DNA of 63,831 bases, filler included, from Reclinomonas americana ATCC 50394 (taxonomy: Eukaryota): the NCBI GenBank assembly GCA_048213135.1. It is 11 parts of 4 records of this genome, joined end to end, with 100 filler letters (N's around TTAATTAATTAA, not from the genome) between each part and the next. Parts side by side here need not be neighbours in the genome. Positions count along the whole stretch, not along the records: positions 17,641 to 42,367 come from PS015013.1; 10 more parts are not named here. One strand, 5' to 3'. Made by a program: the position numbers and the translations under genes. Every line of letters starts with the position of its first letter. Within the stretch, counting starts at the first letter, position 1. This document shows positions 28,525-40,484 of this stretch, one piece after another. The notes under the pieces were generated by a model. The model did no database searches. It was not told where the DNA came from and worked only from the letters and a program-made list of their open reading frames with translations.

Positions 28525-29025
28525 TTTTCTCTCTCTCTGCAATGCGATGATGTTGTGGTGCACCAGTCGATCGCTTTTTAAATGCACCCCGACTCCGATG
28601 AGTCTCCGAAGTCGGACAGTTGGACACGATCGGGGGCCAATGGCTGTGACGCAGCATGGGGTTGCAGTGCAGGTCGAGTGCTGCAACAGATTGCTGACGG
28701 TGCCGCGTACGGATCCCAACGAGTGAAGCGCAAGATGAAAACACGCCAAATCCGGCAATCTGTGACAGGTTGAAGACACTCGACTTCAGACAGAGATGGA
28801 CGGGAACAAGCGACAGACAAGTGGACGGCATCGGAAGTACTAACACGAAGCGCGAAGGAAGATCTGCAATCGTCGAATGAAAACATCGCGCTGCGATCGA
28901 TGTATCGCAGAGATATATATCGCAGCGATATCCGGATCCACGGTCCAGCGGTCGCTCTCGCAGGATCGCAGCAACTGCGATTAGTAGCAACAAACGTCTG
29001 CATGATACGCACCATCTCACGTGTA

Positions 29026-29801
29026 TCAACCACAGGTGAAACTGCAGGATTTATCATAAATTACATCTCCTCCTCCTCCTCCTCCCCCTCCCCCCTCCTC
29101 CTCCCATTCCCACTCCCTCTCATCATGCTCCGCGTGCTGCTCGACCCACTCCTGCATCACCTCATCCATCACCTCCTCCACCTCCAGCTGTCCACCAGAC
29201 CCCGTACCAGTTCCCGTCCCCGATACGTTGCCTTCACCAGACTTCTCCTGACTGCGCCCGCGACCCTTGAAAGACGGCCACCGCAGACGCCGACGCGAGC
29301 TCTCGCCCAACGGCAGCATCCACGTCTCCAGCCCCGTCTTCTTGGCATGAATCGTCAGCAACGAATGCAGCGGCAGCAGGTCCGGAAGAACATCGTTACA
29401 CGCTTGCGCCTGCCGTCTCATCACTCCCGTGTACTGCCCGCCGCCCAGGATATCCACAGGCTCGTTGAACGACTTGCATATCGAGTGGATGGCACGAGAG
29501 AGCGTGCCAATGGCCTCCACCAGCAGCTGCACATTGTCCTCGGTCGCACCCAACGCCTTGGGCACATTCTTCTCCAGCTTCTCCACGCGGGCAATGGTGG
29601 CCGGGTCAGGCTCCTCGGCAAGCCTGCGCATACGACTCGTGAGAAAACCATGAATGGCCAGCATGCGCGTGTGTGTGTGTGAGGTACATATACTCACGAT
29701 TGCATCGTGTCCGCTATCTCGCGTGTGGCCGAGGCATTGATCGACAGCAGCGCGACGAGCAGCAGAAACACGAGTGAGAGTGCAGCACTGCGACGGTTCA
29801 T
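29026..29801 (-). CDS. Hypothetical secreted protein (2 exons) with an acidic/Gly-rich C-terminus
   Basis: MNRRSAALSLVFLLLVALLSINASA signal peptide; GT-AG intron (TC|GTGAGT...CGCAG|G CTT) joins it to a long open frame. Confidence 0.6.
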
Positions 29802-29887
29802 GTCTGCGCGCGTGTGTGTGCGTGTGTGAAAGAAAGGAGGGAAGTGGATATCGCGAGTGGACAAAGGAGAGTTGTTCCTTGTTGTGA

Positions 29888-30035
29888 ATGGAGAGCAGCA
29901 CAGCTGTGGCGGTGCCTGTGCGAGGCCAAAAGTTTGTGGTGGCCGGTGGCTCTGGCTACCTCGGGCGCACGCTTGCGCGGATGCTGTTGGAGCGAGGAGC
30001 GGCGTTGGTTCGAGTGTTTGACTTGCGGGTGAGCA

Positions 30036-30084
<49 letters not shown>

Positions 30085-31934
30085 GAAGGAAAGGGAGGAG
30101 AGAGGAGAAGAAGAGAGNNNNNNNNNNNNNNNNNNNNNNNNNNNNNNNNNNNNNNNNNNNNNNNNNNNNNNNNNNNNNNNNNNNNNNNNNNNNNNNNNNN
30201 NNNNNNNNNNNNNNNNNNNNNNNNNNNNNNNNNNNNNNNNNNNNNNNNNNNNNNNNNNNNNNNNNNNNNNNNNNNNNNNNNNNNNNNNNNNNNNNNNNNN
30301 NNNNNNNNNNNNNNNNNNNNNNNNNNNNNNNNNNNNNNNNNNNNNNNNNNNNNNNNNNNNNNNNNNNNNNNNNNNNNNNNNNNNNNNNNNNNNNNNNNNN
30401 NNNNNNNNNNNNNNNNNNNNNNNNNNNNNNNNNNNNNNNNNNNNNNNNNNNNNNNNNNNNNNNNNNNNNNNNNNNNNNNNNNNNNNNNNNNNNNNNNNNN
30501 NNNNNNNNNNNNNNNNNNNNNNNNNNNNNNNNNNNNNNNNNNNNNNNNNNNNNNNNNNNNNNNNNNNNNNNNNNNNNNNNNNNNNNNNNNNNNNNNNNNN
30601 NNNNNNNNNNNNNNNNNNNNNNNNNNNNNNNNNNNNNNNNNNNNNNNNNNNNNNNNNNNNNNNNNNNNNNNNNNNNNNNNNNNNNNNNNNNNNNNNNNNN
30701 NNNNNNNNNNNNNNNNNNNNNNNNNNNNNNNNNNNNNNNNNNNNNNNNNNNNNNNNNNNNNNNNNGGCACGGAGAATGTGCTGCAGGCGTGCCGTGAACT
30801 TGGTGTGTGTGTGTCAGTTTCTTTATCCTTTGTGACTTTGTTGTTTCCTTACGTGAGTTGAGCTGGCCGCAGGGATCGAGCGTGTGGTGTACACCAGCAC
30901 CACCAACGTGGTGTTCCAGGGACGCCCGATTCCGAACGGTGACGAGACGCACCCGTATGGCGACGAAGACGCGTGTGTGGATGCGTACTCGCGCACCAAG
31001 GGAATTGCGGAGCGTGCGGTGCTGGCTGCCTGCACCACTACCAGCACCACCAGCACCAACAACATCACGCCATCTGCACCGCTGTGCACGTGTGCCATCC
31101 GGCCCGCCGGCATCTACGGCGACGGGGAGGAGAGGCACTTGCCGCGCATCCTCGGCAACGTGCAAAAGGGCCTGTACATGTGCACGATTGGCGACGCCGA
31201 CTCGCTTGTCGAGTGGGTGTATGGCGACAATCTCGCGCACGCGCACATTCTGGCCATGGAGCGCCTGCATGTGGGCTCACGCGTGTGTCGCCAGGCCTAC
31301 TTTATCTCCGACGGTGTACCGATCAACAATTTTGAGTTTCTGCGGCCGCTGGTGGAGGTGAGGGGAGCGAGTTGGAGGTGCTCATTTGCATGCTTGGGTC
31401 TCTTACAAATCGTTGTCGCAGGCCATGGGCTACCGACACCCGCGCGCCCGTGTGCCCACCTGGCTGATGTACTATTTTGCTTTCTTTGTGGAGCTCGTGT
31501 GGCGACTGCTGTCTCCGCTGGTCAACTTTCAGCCACTGCTCACGCGAGCTGAGATCTACAAGGTCGCCGTCACGCACTACTTTTCGCTGAACAAGGCCCG
31601 CCGTGATCTCGGTGTGTGTCTGTGTGCAGCAATGTCACGACGCATTCTTGCCTCCACTGATTCGTATTCCGTGTGTATGGGGGCAGGTTATGAGCCACTG
31701 TTCGCCGCCGAGGTCGGAATGCAGCGGACCATTGCGTACTACCAGTGCGTGTCCTTCCTCCGATCTCTCATTTCCACGAGTCTCACTGGCCTTTGATTTA
31801 GAAAACACTATCCACACCTCGCGAAACAACCACCGAGTGCGACGACAGGATTCTTGCGTCGAGCGATACACCTGGTGGCCCTTGTGGCGCTCTTTGTGGT
31901 GGTGCTGGCGGGCCTCATGGATTTTGGAGTGTAG
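29888..31934 (+). CDS. Extended SDR / 3-beta-hydroxysteroid dehydrogenase family, SDR42E1-like (gap inside)
   Basis: VVAGGSGYLG, VYTSTTNVVF, YSRTK (YxxxK), CAIRPAGIYGDGEERHLPRI, QAYFISDG, PLLTRAEIYKVAVTHYFS, C-terminal TM. Confidence 0.9.
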
Positions 31935-32098
31935 ACGACTGAGCATTTTGTGTCGCACCCCTCTCTGTTGTCTTTCCTTCGCGGTTCATTAGCGCCTCCG
32001 ACATACGCAAATNNNNNNNNNNNNNNNNNNNNNNNNNNNNNNNNNNNNNNNNNNNNNNNNNNNNNNNNNNNNNNNNNNNNNNNNNNNNNNNNNNNNNN

Positions 32099-33300
32099 AC
32101 ACACTGTCAGCACCGACACCGCCAGCGGCCCGAGAATGGCCAGGGCCAGCCAGGCACCATTAAAGTGACTGTAGAATGCCATGAGGCCGGCGGTGCCGAG
32201 GAACGCCATGCCCACCCCGCTGGCAATCAGGAACACGGTCAACAACGTGTCGTCGGAGATGCTGCGCGCGGAGAGGACGAGGAAGAACAGGCCGAGAAGC
32301 ATCAGCACGTACGGCATGCTGTAGAAGAGCAGGCCACCAAAAATCGCGTGCACGAGGAACGCCGCCGGTGCCGTCCACAGCACGTGATAGGCGGAGGCGT
32401 AGAGGCCTCGTCGAACATCGTTTTTGGGCACCAGCAGACGGAGCAGAGGGACGCGCACGACAATGGCATGCACGACACTGAAAAAGAGAAACACCATGAA
32501 GAACGTGTACCTGCACATGCATGCAATGGTGCAAGTCAGCAACAACAACAACAACCGAGGGCGACGACCGACAGAGCACCGCACGCAACAGCGGATACAC
32601 GGCCTCGCTGGCACACTCGGTTCTCCCATCGGGCGGCTGATGAAAGTACGTGTACCAATCATCGACACTCTGCGTGCCGCACGACGGAAACGCAAAGTGT
32701 CCGCCCGTCATCGACAACACCGCAAAGCACGCCGACGCCAGTGTCTCCACGGCCACCAGCAGCAGCGTAATGACCACCAACCAGCCCGACTGCTCACCGT
32801 GCTGCTCCTCCACGGCCTTGACACGCACCAGCATGCACAGGCCGAGAAGCATCACGTACACGACAATCTCCGAGACCACAAAGAAGACGTCGTACTGCGA
32901 GAACGAGTCTGTGCATGGCACGCATACCCAGCCATCTGTGCGACTGCCACGCTTGCAGAACTGCACCGCCACAGGCTGTCAGAGGAGAGTGAATGAGAGA
33001 GAGAGAGAGAGTGAGAATGACGCGACTGTGCATGCAGAGGCCTCGGGCGCGGCAAACGATTGCGCGTCCAGTCGACGTCCACAGTAGCGACCAGCGCAGG
33101 CGGCATTGTCGGCCTGGAAGAGCGCGCGATCGGCAGCACTCACGTACGACTCTTTTAACAACAAGGCAGTCAGCACAAAGAGAAGAGAGATGCACATGGA
33201 GAGAGAGAGAGAGACAGAGCGCACCGTGTGGCAACTGTGCATACGCGACAGCAGCAAAGCAGCACAGCAGACACACAGTGAGCAGCAGTGGTCGCCGCAT
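32099..33300 (-). CDS. JKAMP: JNK1/MAPK8-associated membrane protein (JAMP)-like; 3' end in gap
   Basis: Signal peptide, CAGRYCGR, C..CKRGSRTD..VCVPCTDS..YD, DDWYTYF, ECASEAVYPL|YT, HAIFGGLLFYSMPY. Confidence 0.85.
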
Positions 33301-33521
33301 TCGTGACAGAGCAGAGCAAGAGGACACACACGCGGACAGAATTAATGAAAGCAGAGAGCGCGCGCTCACCGACCAGCGCCAGTCGCGGTGCCAGCAGCAG
33401 CAGCAGTGGAGCAGCCACAGCAGCAGCAACAGTGGGAGTGGGTCCCACAGAGTACCACCACCCTGCACCGTGGCACACACACGTGCATCGCGTGGAGGAG
33501 GCGACTGTGACCTCGCCGGCG

Positions 33522-35073
33522 ATGAGTGGTGTGCGGCGTCGACTGGTGTTGCGTGTGGTCACTGCGGTGGTGTTGGTGGCGCTGATGGTGGCAGTGTGGG
33601 GAGTCATTGGGCGACTGAGCTCGTCGGATGTGGTCGGTGGAGGTGGCGCGCACTGGGCCAATGGGAAGAAGAGAAGTGGTGCTGGTGCTGGTGCAGCAAA
33701 GGTTTGGTCACACGCATGATGCGGTGGAAAAGGCGGCTCTTGTCTCACGTGTGTACGATGGGGAGAAGAGTGGAGGAGCATCGGGCATTTCGGATGCCGA
33801 GCGCAAGGACATTGATGGTGGTGGTGAGGCGTCGTTGGGCGTGGACTCTGATGTCACGTCGCCCATTGGATCAGAGGCGCTGGCGGCCATTGGAGCGCCA
33901 CTGGTGCGCATCGACTCCCTCTCTCTGCCGGTGTTTGTCACACGTGCTCACCACCGACCACGTGCGCAGGTGCTGGAGGGATCGCTGCCGATTACGGCGT
34001 CGGTGATTTGGTTGCACGGCATTGGCGATCGCGGCGAGTCGTATCGCCCGTTGGCGGAGCAGCTGATTGCGCGCTTCCCGTTCTTGCGCGTGGTGTTGCC
34101 ATCGGCGTGAGTTGTCGTCTGTGTGGTGCTGTTGTCCACTCCTTCTGTCGCTCATGCGGGCATGACAGACCACTGCGCAAGTGCGCCATCTATCCGTCTC
34201 CCCTGCACGCATGGTACGAGGTCAACTCGCTGGATCCGCAGGCCCCTGGTGCGTGTCAGTCTCCTTCGCCGTGCGTGTGTGGCTCCCCCTCCTGACCTTA
34301 TGGTGCAGAGGAGGAGAGCAGTATCAAGTGGGCGGCCAAGGAGGTGCATCGTCTCATTCGCGAAGAGGCAGTGGCGAGCAGCATCCCCACGCAGCGCGTC
34401 TTTGTCGGCGGTTTCAGCCAGGGCGGCGCCGTGGCACTGTATGCGGCGCTGACGAGCCCCGTGGAGGTGGGTGGTGTTGTGGTGCACGGCGGCTACATCC
34501 CGCTGCGCCAGCAATTCCCAGCCGCCACCGCCGACTCGGCATTTGTCTCCCAGTTGCATGTGCTGATGACGCACGGTGAGTGTGGACGCGTGAGTAGTCT
34601 CTTTGCGGCAATCTCACATCTGTGTGACATTCGTACCCTTCGCAGGAGCACTGGATTCGCGTGTACCTCTGCAATGGGCCGAAGTTTCGCGTGACATTGT
34701 CCGCGACACCGGCGCGCACGTCAAGTTTGTCAAGGTGTGCGCTCTCTGTTGTGCTGGTGGTCGTGGGTTGTCATTTATCCCCGTGCGCCCCAATAGTACT
34801 CGTCAGTGGGCCACACGCTGCCGCCAGTGGCACTCGCCGACACTGCCAAGTGGCTGCAAAGTTGTGTTTGTTTCACTCTCTCACACAAACTCTCCTCTCG
34901 CTCATCGTCGTGTGGCAGAGCGCTTGGCTGACGACGACGACGACGACAAATCCGACTCACACAATGGACGGAGAAAAGAAGACGCTGCCGACGAAAACGA
35001 CAGCGACGACGACGACGACAACAAGAAGGATGACAAGGACGACCGTGACAGCGACAGAGGGCACGAGGACTAG
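33522..35073 (+). CDS. Phospholipase/carboxylesterase (acyl-protein thioesterase/LYPLA-like) with an N-terminal TM segment and acidic tail
   Basis: VIWLHGIGDRG, VVLPSA|P, AWYEV, GGFSQGGAVALY (nucleophile Ser), HG|ALDSRVP (Asp), VGH (His); a 1-nt frame break at ~33701 links the N-terminal part. Confidence 0.85.
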
Positions 35074-35134
35074 CATCCAATCTCGAAACGAAATAACCCA
35101 ATCCTGTGAACACAATTCTCGATGTTTATTCCAA

Positions 35135-36570
35135 TCATGGGGGTGCAGGCTGCCGCTCCACCACTTGCAACTTGGCTGCCTTACGTCGCAGTCGACGGGT
35201 CTGCAGATCGTCGTCGTCGTGATCCCCGTCATCATCGTCGTCATCATCGTCATCGTCTTCTAAGTCATCTCCATCATCTCCATCATCGTCGGTGGCGCGC
35301 GGTCGATACTTGTGCGGGAGCCAGTGCGTGCTGCAGAACTGGTGTAAGACAACACAAAGCATGTCGCCCACATGGCGAGTGCCGCGACGCAACTCCTCGG
35401 CAAAGTTGGCAAACGCCTCAAAGTACGTCGACTCGGCCTCATCAGTCGACAGGCCAGTCAGCGCGAATCCGTTCGCCTTGTCGGCCAGCGTCAGCACACG
35501 CCACACACTCTCCTTCTCCGTTATGTCCAGCGGCTGGTACGAGACCAACCCAAAGTCCTGGATCAACTCGATCAGGCGGTCAGACAGCTTGGCAAAGCGC
35601 TCCGACGCCTGCTGTCGCAGCAAGCTCGGTCGCAACGCCTCCAGCTCCAGCACCTCGGTGTAGTACTCCAGGCCGAGCTCTACGACACGACACGCGGTGA
35701 GATTCCGTATTGCCTATCCCCCACAGAGCTGCACACACACGAACCGAGCTCGCCCATGCTCTCCACGAGATCGATCTTGGAGAGCACGTTGACGTGCGGC
35801 AGCTCCACGTGCAGCATGGTCACCAGCGAAACGAGTGTCGCCGAGATGAACTTGGAGGCATCGGAGCAGTAGTGCGAGTCCACCAGATGCATGGCCACGA
35901 GCTGCGCACAGCAGCAACACAGTCAAGGCACCATTGAGCTCTCGACAGCAGGAGATGGCGACCGACCTGAAAATGCATCTCGCGACACAGCCGCTGCACG
36001 ATCGCTCGCACCGTCTGGTGGTGCGTGTACAGCTCCACTTGCCCGGGACAGTCAAAGAGCACGTACGCGTCTGCACAGACCAATGAGTGAGACTGGCATG
36101 AGCTCGAGGTGGGGGCGAGGAGACAAGTCCGCACCGGGAAATCGCTGCAGCTGCTCTTGCAGCCAATCAAAGTTGGCCTCCAGGTACTCGATGGCATACA
36201 CCAGGCCTGCCACGGAGCACAGAGTGTGAGAGGTCACCACATCGGACTCAGTCTCTCTCTCTGTCTCTCTCTCTCACACACACACACCGCCATTTGGTCC
36301 GAGATTGTAGGTGGCACACACGTCGGCCACAGTCACCAACTCGCGCAAGTCAATGTCGCACTCGTACCTGTGGTGTGCGGCACGTGAGATGCACGACGCG
36401 GAGAGAGAGAGGAGGTGATGTCGAATGCGCAACGGAAGTGCGTCGTTGGCCGGGTCCAAGTTGACCACGCACACGGGTCGCTTGAGGGCGCGCAGGAACT
36501 GTTGCATGCCTGCACAGTAGGTGGTCTTGCCGGAGCCTGGTGGCCCGATGACCACCTGCCCGAATGGCAT
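35135..36570 (-). CDS. GPN2: GPN-loop GTPase 2
   Basis: [89 protein letters not shown]. Confidence 0.96.
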
Positions 36571-36635
36571 TCGCTCCTCTCGTAAACAAACAAAAGATAA
36601 GCAAAGACAAGCTGCAATGCGTCGATCGATTAGTT

Positions 36636-38608
36636 TCACTGCGTTGACTCCTCCTCTGCCTCACTCCCTGACGAGTCCCCACCATCGTCATCCTCGCCAC
36701 CGTCAGCTTCTCCCTCATCCTCGCCTCCTCCATCTGCCCCTGCGCGGGCAGAACCGGGTGACGAGTGGGCGAGACGGGCACGACGTTTGGCGGCCTTCTC
36801 GGCTCGGAAGCGCGCAGCCACGGTGGCCAGGTCCGGCGAGCTTACGCTTTGTGCTGGCCCAGGGCCCGACGACTGGGCACTGGTGGCGGTGGTGCTGGGG
36901 TCGGAGCCGGCCGACGAGGCAGCGCCAGGCTCCGATGCAGGGTTCTCGCTCATCACCCAGTGCGTGTCCTTGAAAACCTCCGAGACGAAGCGCTCGCTGA
37001 GCTCCTTCAGCTTGTGCTCGTACTGCGCACTGAACTGTGGCGCACACACAGAAACAGGCAAGGGTCAACAAGGTTGTCTCTTTCTTCGTCTCCCCGCTCC
37101 GCCTCGATCTCACACACCTTCTCAATGTAGAACGTGGCGCCATTCCACACCGACGCCGACAAAATGGCCACCAAGAGCACCAGATGCACGTAAAAGTGCT
37201 CGAACATGAACTTGACCGGCAGCGCAGTGATGAACGTGAACGCCAGCTGCAGGCCTGCGCAAGAGACCGTCAGCCTTCACACCCCATGCATCGATTTCCT
37301 TTCAAGCTCTTGCCCCCCCACACGCACCCACAAACATGATGAACTCTGAGCCGGGCTTGGCCACGCGACACAGCTTGGAGACGACGGCATTGTAGGTGAG
37401 CATGTAGCGCAGCGACGTCATAATGCTGGCATCCTTCTTCAGCATGTCGCGGTCGACGTACTCGGTCTTCAGCAGATAGGAGGTCTGCCAGTAGGCGTAG
37501 AACAAGAACATGCCCAGCATGTTCATCCCGTAGTTGTACTCGCAGTTGGCGTGGTTGTTGCACACGGCGTACTTTCCGTCCGACGGATACCAGCGCAAGC
37601 AAAAGCAGACTGCACACGCAACAAACAACAGCGTCACGCACGGCGGTCACGAGAGGCAAAGCATCACAGGAGCACGCACCGACAGGTGGAATGGAGTGAA
37701 TAAAGACCGAGGTGACCTTGTCGACCGAGTGGAAGACGAGGGAGTTGCGCCACGTGGGAATGGCCCATAGCAGCGTGCCGTTCGAGATGGTGAACACGAG
37801 CTGGAAGAGCGCCGCACTTGTCGGATAGAAAACCAAATAGACCACCAGCGCCATGTTCGCAAAGTAGCAAAGAGTCGATCAGGAAGTAGTGATCCTTGTT
37901 GGAGTGGTAGCTGAAGAAGCGCGTGATGACCAACTGCAAGCAGCACGAGGCTTAATGAATGATTCTATTGCGGAACTCGCTCACGCACTCACTCACCAGC
38001 GGCATCCAGAACAAGTAATAGTACGGTGTGAGATGCGGAACGCGACCAGCCATGTACGCAAGCATGACTGTGTTCAACACGCCTATTTCCGGAGAGTGGG
38101 ATCCGTGAGACAAGTGGAAAACAGCTCTCATTCTCTCTCCGCCAGCTGCCCTCACCCAAGTAGAACGCGATCTTGTCCCTGAGCTTGACAACGACGGGAT
38201 TCTGCAGGCCACGCAACAACTTCTGCTCTCCACGCGCTCAGTCAATCGCGAGGCCAACATGAGTGCAAAGGAAAACACGCAACAAGTCTCCTCTTTTGCA
38301 CCGCGTGCACCATGGCGGTCTTGCGTGCGGAGAAGAGCGATCGCAGTCGCGCCGCCTTGTTCTTGATTCGAGATCCGAGACTATCCAACGACACATCGCT
38401 GTCTCACACGCATTGCCACTCAGTCTCTCTCTCACACACACTCCTCTCGCGCAACACACACAAACCCTTTGAGCTTCTCAAACACACTGAACGCGCTGTT
38501 GTCGATCTGTGCGCGACGTGATGAGTACACACTCTCACACACACGCGTGTGCACACACACCTCGCCAATGTCATAGTCGGCATCGACCAGGTAGCCCGTG
38601 GCTGCCAT
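36636..38608 (-). CDS. GPC1: Glycerophosphocholine acyltransferase (Gpc1/DUF2838)
   Basis: [76 protein letters not shown]. Confidence 0.9.
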
Positions 38609-38683
38609 TCTCGCGATCGCCACTTGTCACACAAAGGAGGACGAGCTTGTCCTCTCTCCCTCAGTCACTTTGGGGTTTGCATC

Positions 38684-40451
38684 ATGCGAGTGGCACTGCT
38701 GCTGCTCGTGCTGGTGGTGGCCATCACCACCACTGCTACTGCCAAGCCCGGCAACAAGCATGCAACTGCATCGTCTGCCTCGCTGGGTATGTGCGCTGCA
38801 GACAGACATGTCGAGCAAGCCATGACTCTCTCTCTCTTCCCTCACACACACACACGCAGTGTTCACCTGGCAGCATGTGGACGACGCCAATCAACACGTT
38901 TCACCGTCACTCATCGGGCGTCGCGTGGGTCATGTCAGTGCGGCGGCCACATGCAATCGCAGTGTGTTTTGGTGGGGTGGTCGGACGTCGCCAGTGGCCT
39001 TTTCCGATTCGCTTGTGAGCAGCTCGTGGATGGAGTCGGGCGATATGGAGTCGATCAAGGAGCTGAGTGTGAGTGGCGACGTGCCCAGTGGTCGTATGGG
39101 TGCATCGATGGTCGCCGTGCGCGCGAACGAGGAATGCACGCAGCAGCGATTGCTGCTGTTTGGAGGGCGCGATAGTGTGTTCTCGGGCGCCCCGTTGGCA
39201 GAGGCGGTGGTCCACGAGTACTCGACTGGTGCGTCTGTGTGTGTGTCTGCAAGTGGGCTTTTGCCTCGCCTCATCCTGCTTCCTGCAAAAGAGTACGAAA
39301 GCTGGCAGACGCTGCCGAGCAATCGCCACTCGCCGTCGCCCCGCACCGGTCACTGCTCGGTGCTGGTCGACAACTCGCTGATGTACATCATTGGTGGTTT
39401 CGATGGAACGCACCGACTCGCCGATGTGCACGTCTTCAACGCCGAGCGCAAGGAGTTTGTGCCGGTGCAGATTGGTGGCAGCGGTTCGCTGTCACCGCGC
39501 GAGGGCCACCGATGCGTGGCGATTGGCACCAACATTTACGTGGTGGGCGGCTCAGATGGCGATGTGTTCTTTGATGATGTGCATGTGTTGGACACGAGTT
39601 GCGTCGTTTGCATGATGGCACCACCACGACCCGATCGATGGTTCGCTGACGTGGCGCGACACAGAGACGCGCAAGTGGGCCAAGATGTCCACGCGTGGCC
39701 AGTTTACTGCANNNNNNNNNNNNNNNNNNNNNNNNNNNNNNNNNNNNNNNNNNNNNNNNNNNNNNNNNNNNNNNNNNNNNNNNNNNNNNNNNNNNNNNNN
39801 NNNNNNNNNNNNNNNNNNNNNNNNNNNNNNNNNNNNNNNNNNNNNNNNNNNNNNNNNNNNNNNNNNNNNNNNNNNNNNNNNNNNNNNNNNNNNNNNNNNN
39901 NNNNNNNNNNNNNNNNNNNNNNNGGAGACTGGTCGCAACTCTGCCGTGCGAAGCTCAATCTGTGTCTGGTGCACAGTGGCGTAGCGCGCACGCAGTTGGG
40001 CCAGCGATTCCACCAGTGTGGCATTGTAAGTCCGAATTTGACTGCGCAGCAGCTCGAGACGGGCGAGCGTTGAAGAAAAATCGCCCCTCAGCTTCCACAG
40101 GGAATCCTCGGCGGCGGCCAGCTTCTCCAGTTTGGGCCTCAGCAGCCCCCAGTGCCGCTCAGCGCTGGTCCAGACCGCACCATCCGCTCCGTCCACAGGC
40201 TGATCGGACACACGCACTGTGCCACTTGGAATGCAGCAGTGATGTGACGGGCCGGCAGCGTGCATCAGGTCGCCAGCGGGGAGAGTGCTGTTCACGAATC
40301 GCTCGATTTCGTCAATCAAGTGCACAACGTGCTCGAGCGACATCGACTTGGTGGTGGTGGTGGTGGTCGTCGTCGTCGTCGATGTCGTTGTTGTCGCTGA
40401 TGACGATGACTGGCGCGTCGCTGACGTGCTCTTGCGCTTGACAGTTGTTGA

Positions 40452-40484
<33 letters not shown>

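Noticed and set aside
28589-28620. CCGATGAG...GAA resembling a hammerhead ribozyme core
   Set aside because: Lacks CUGANGA and a correctly placed GAAA with stems I/III
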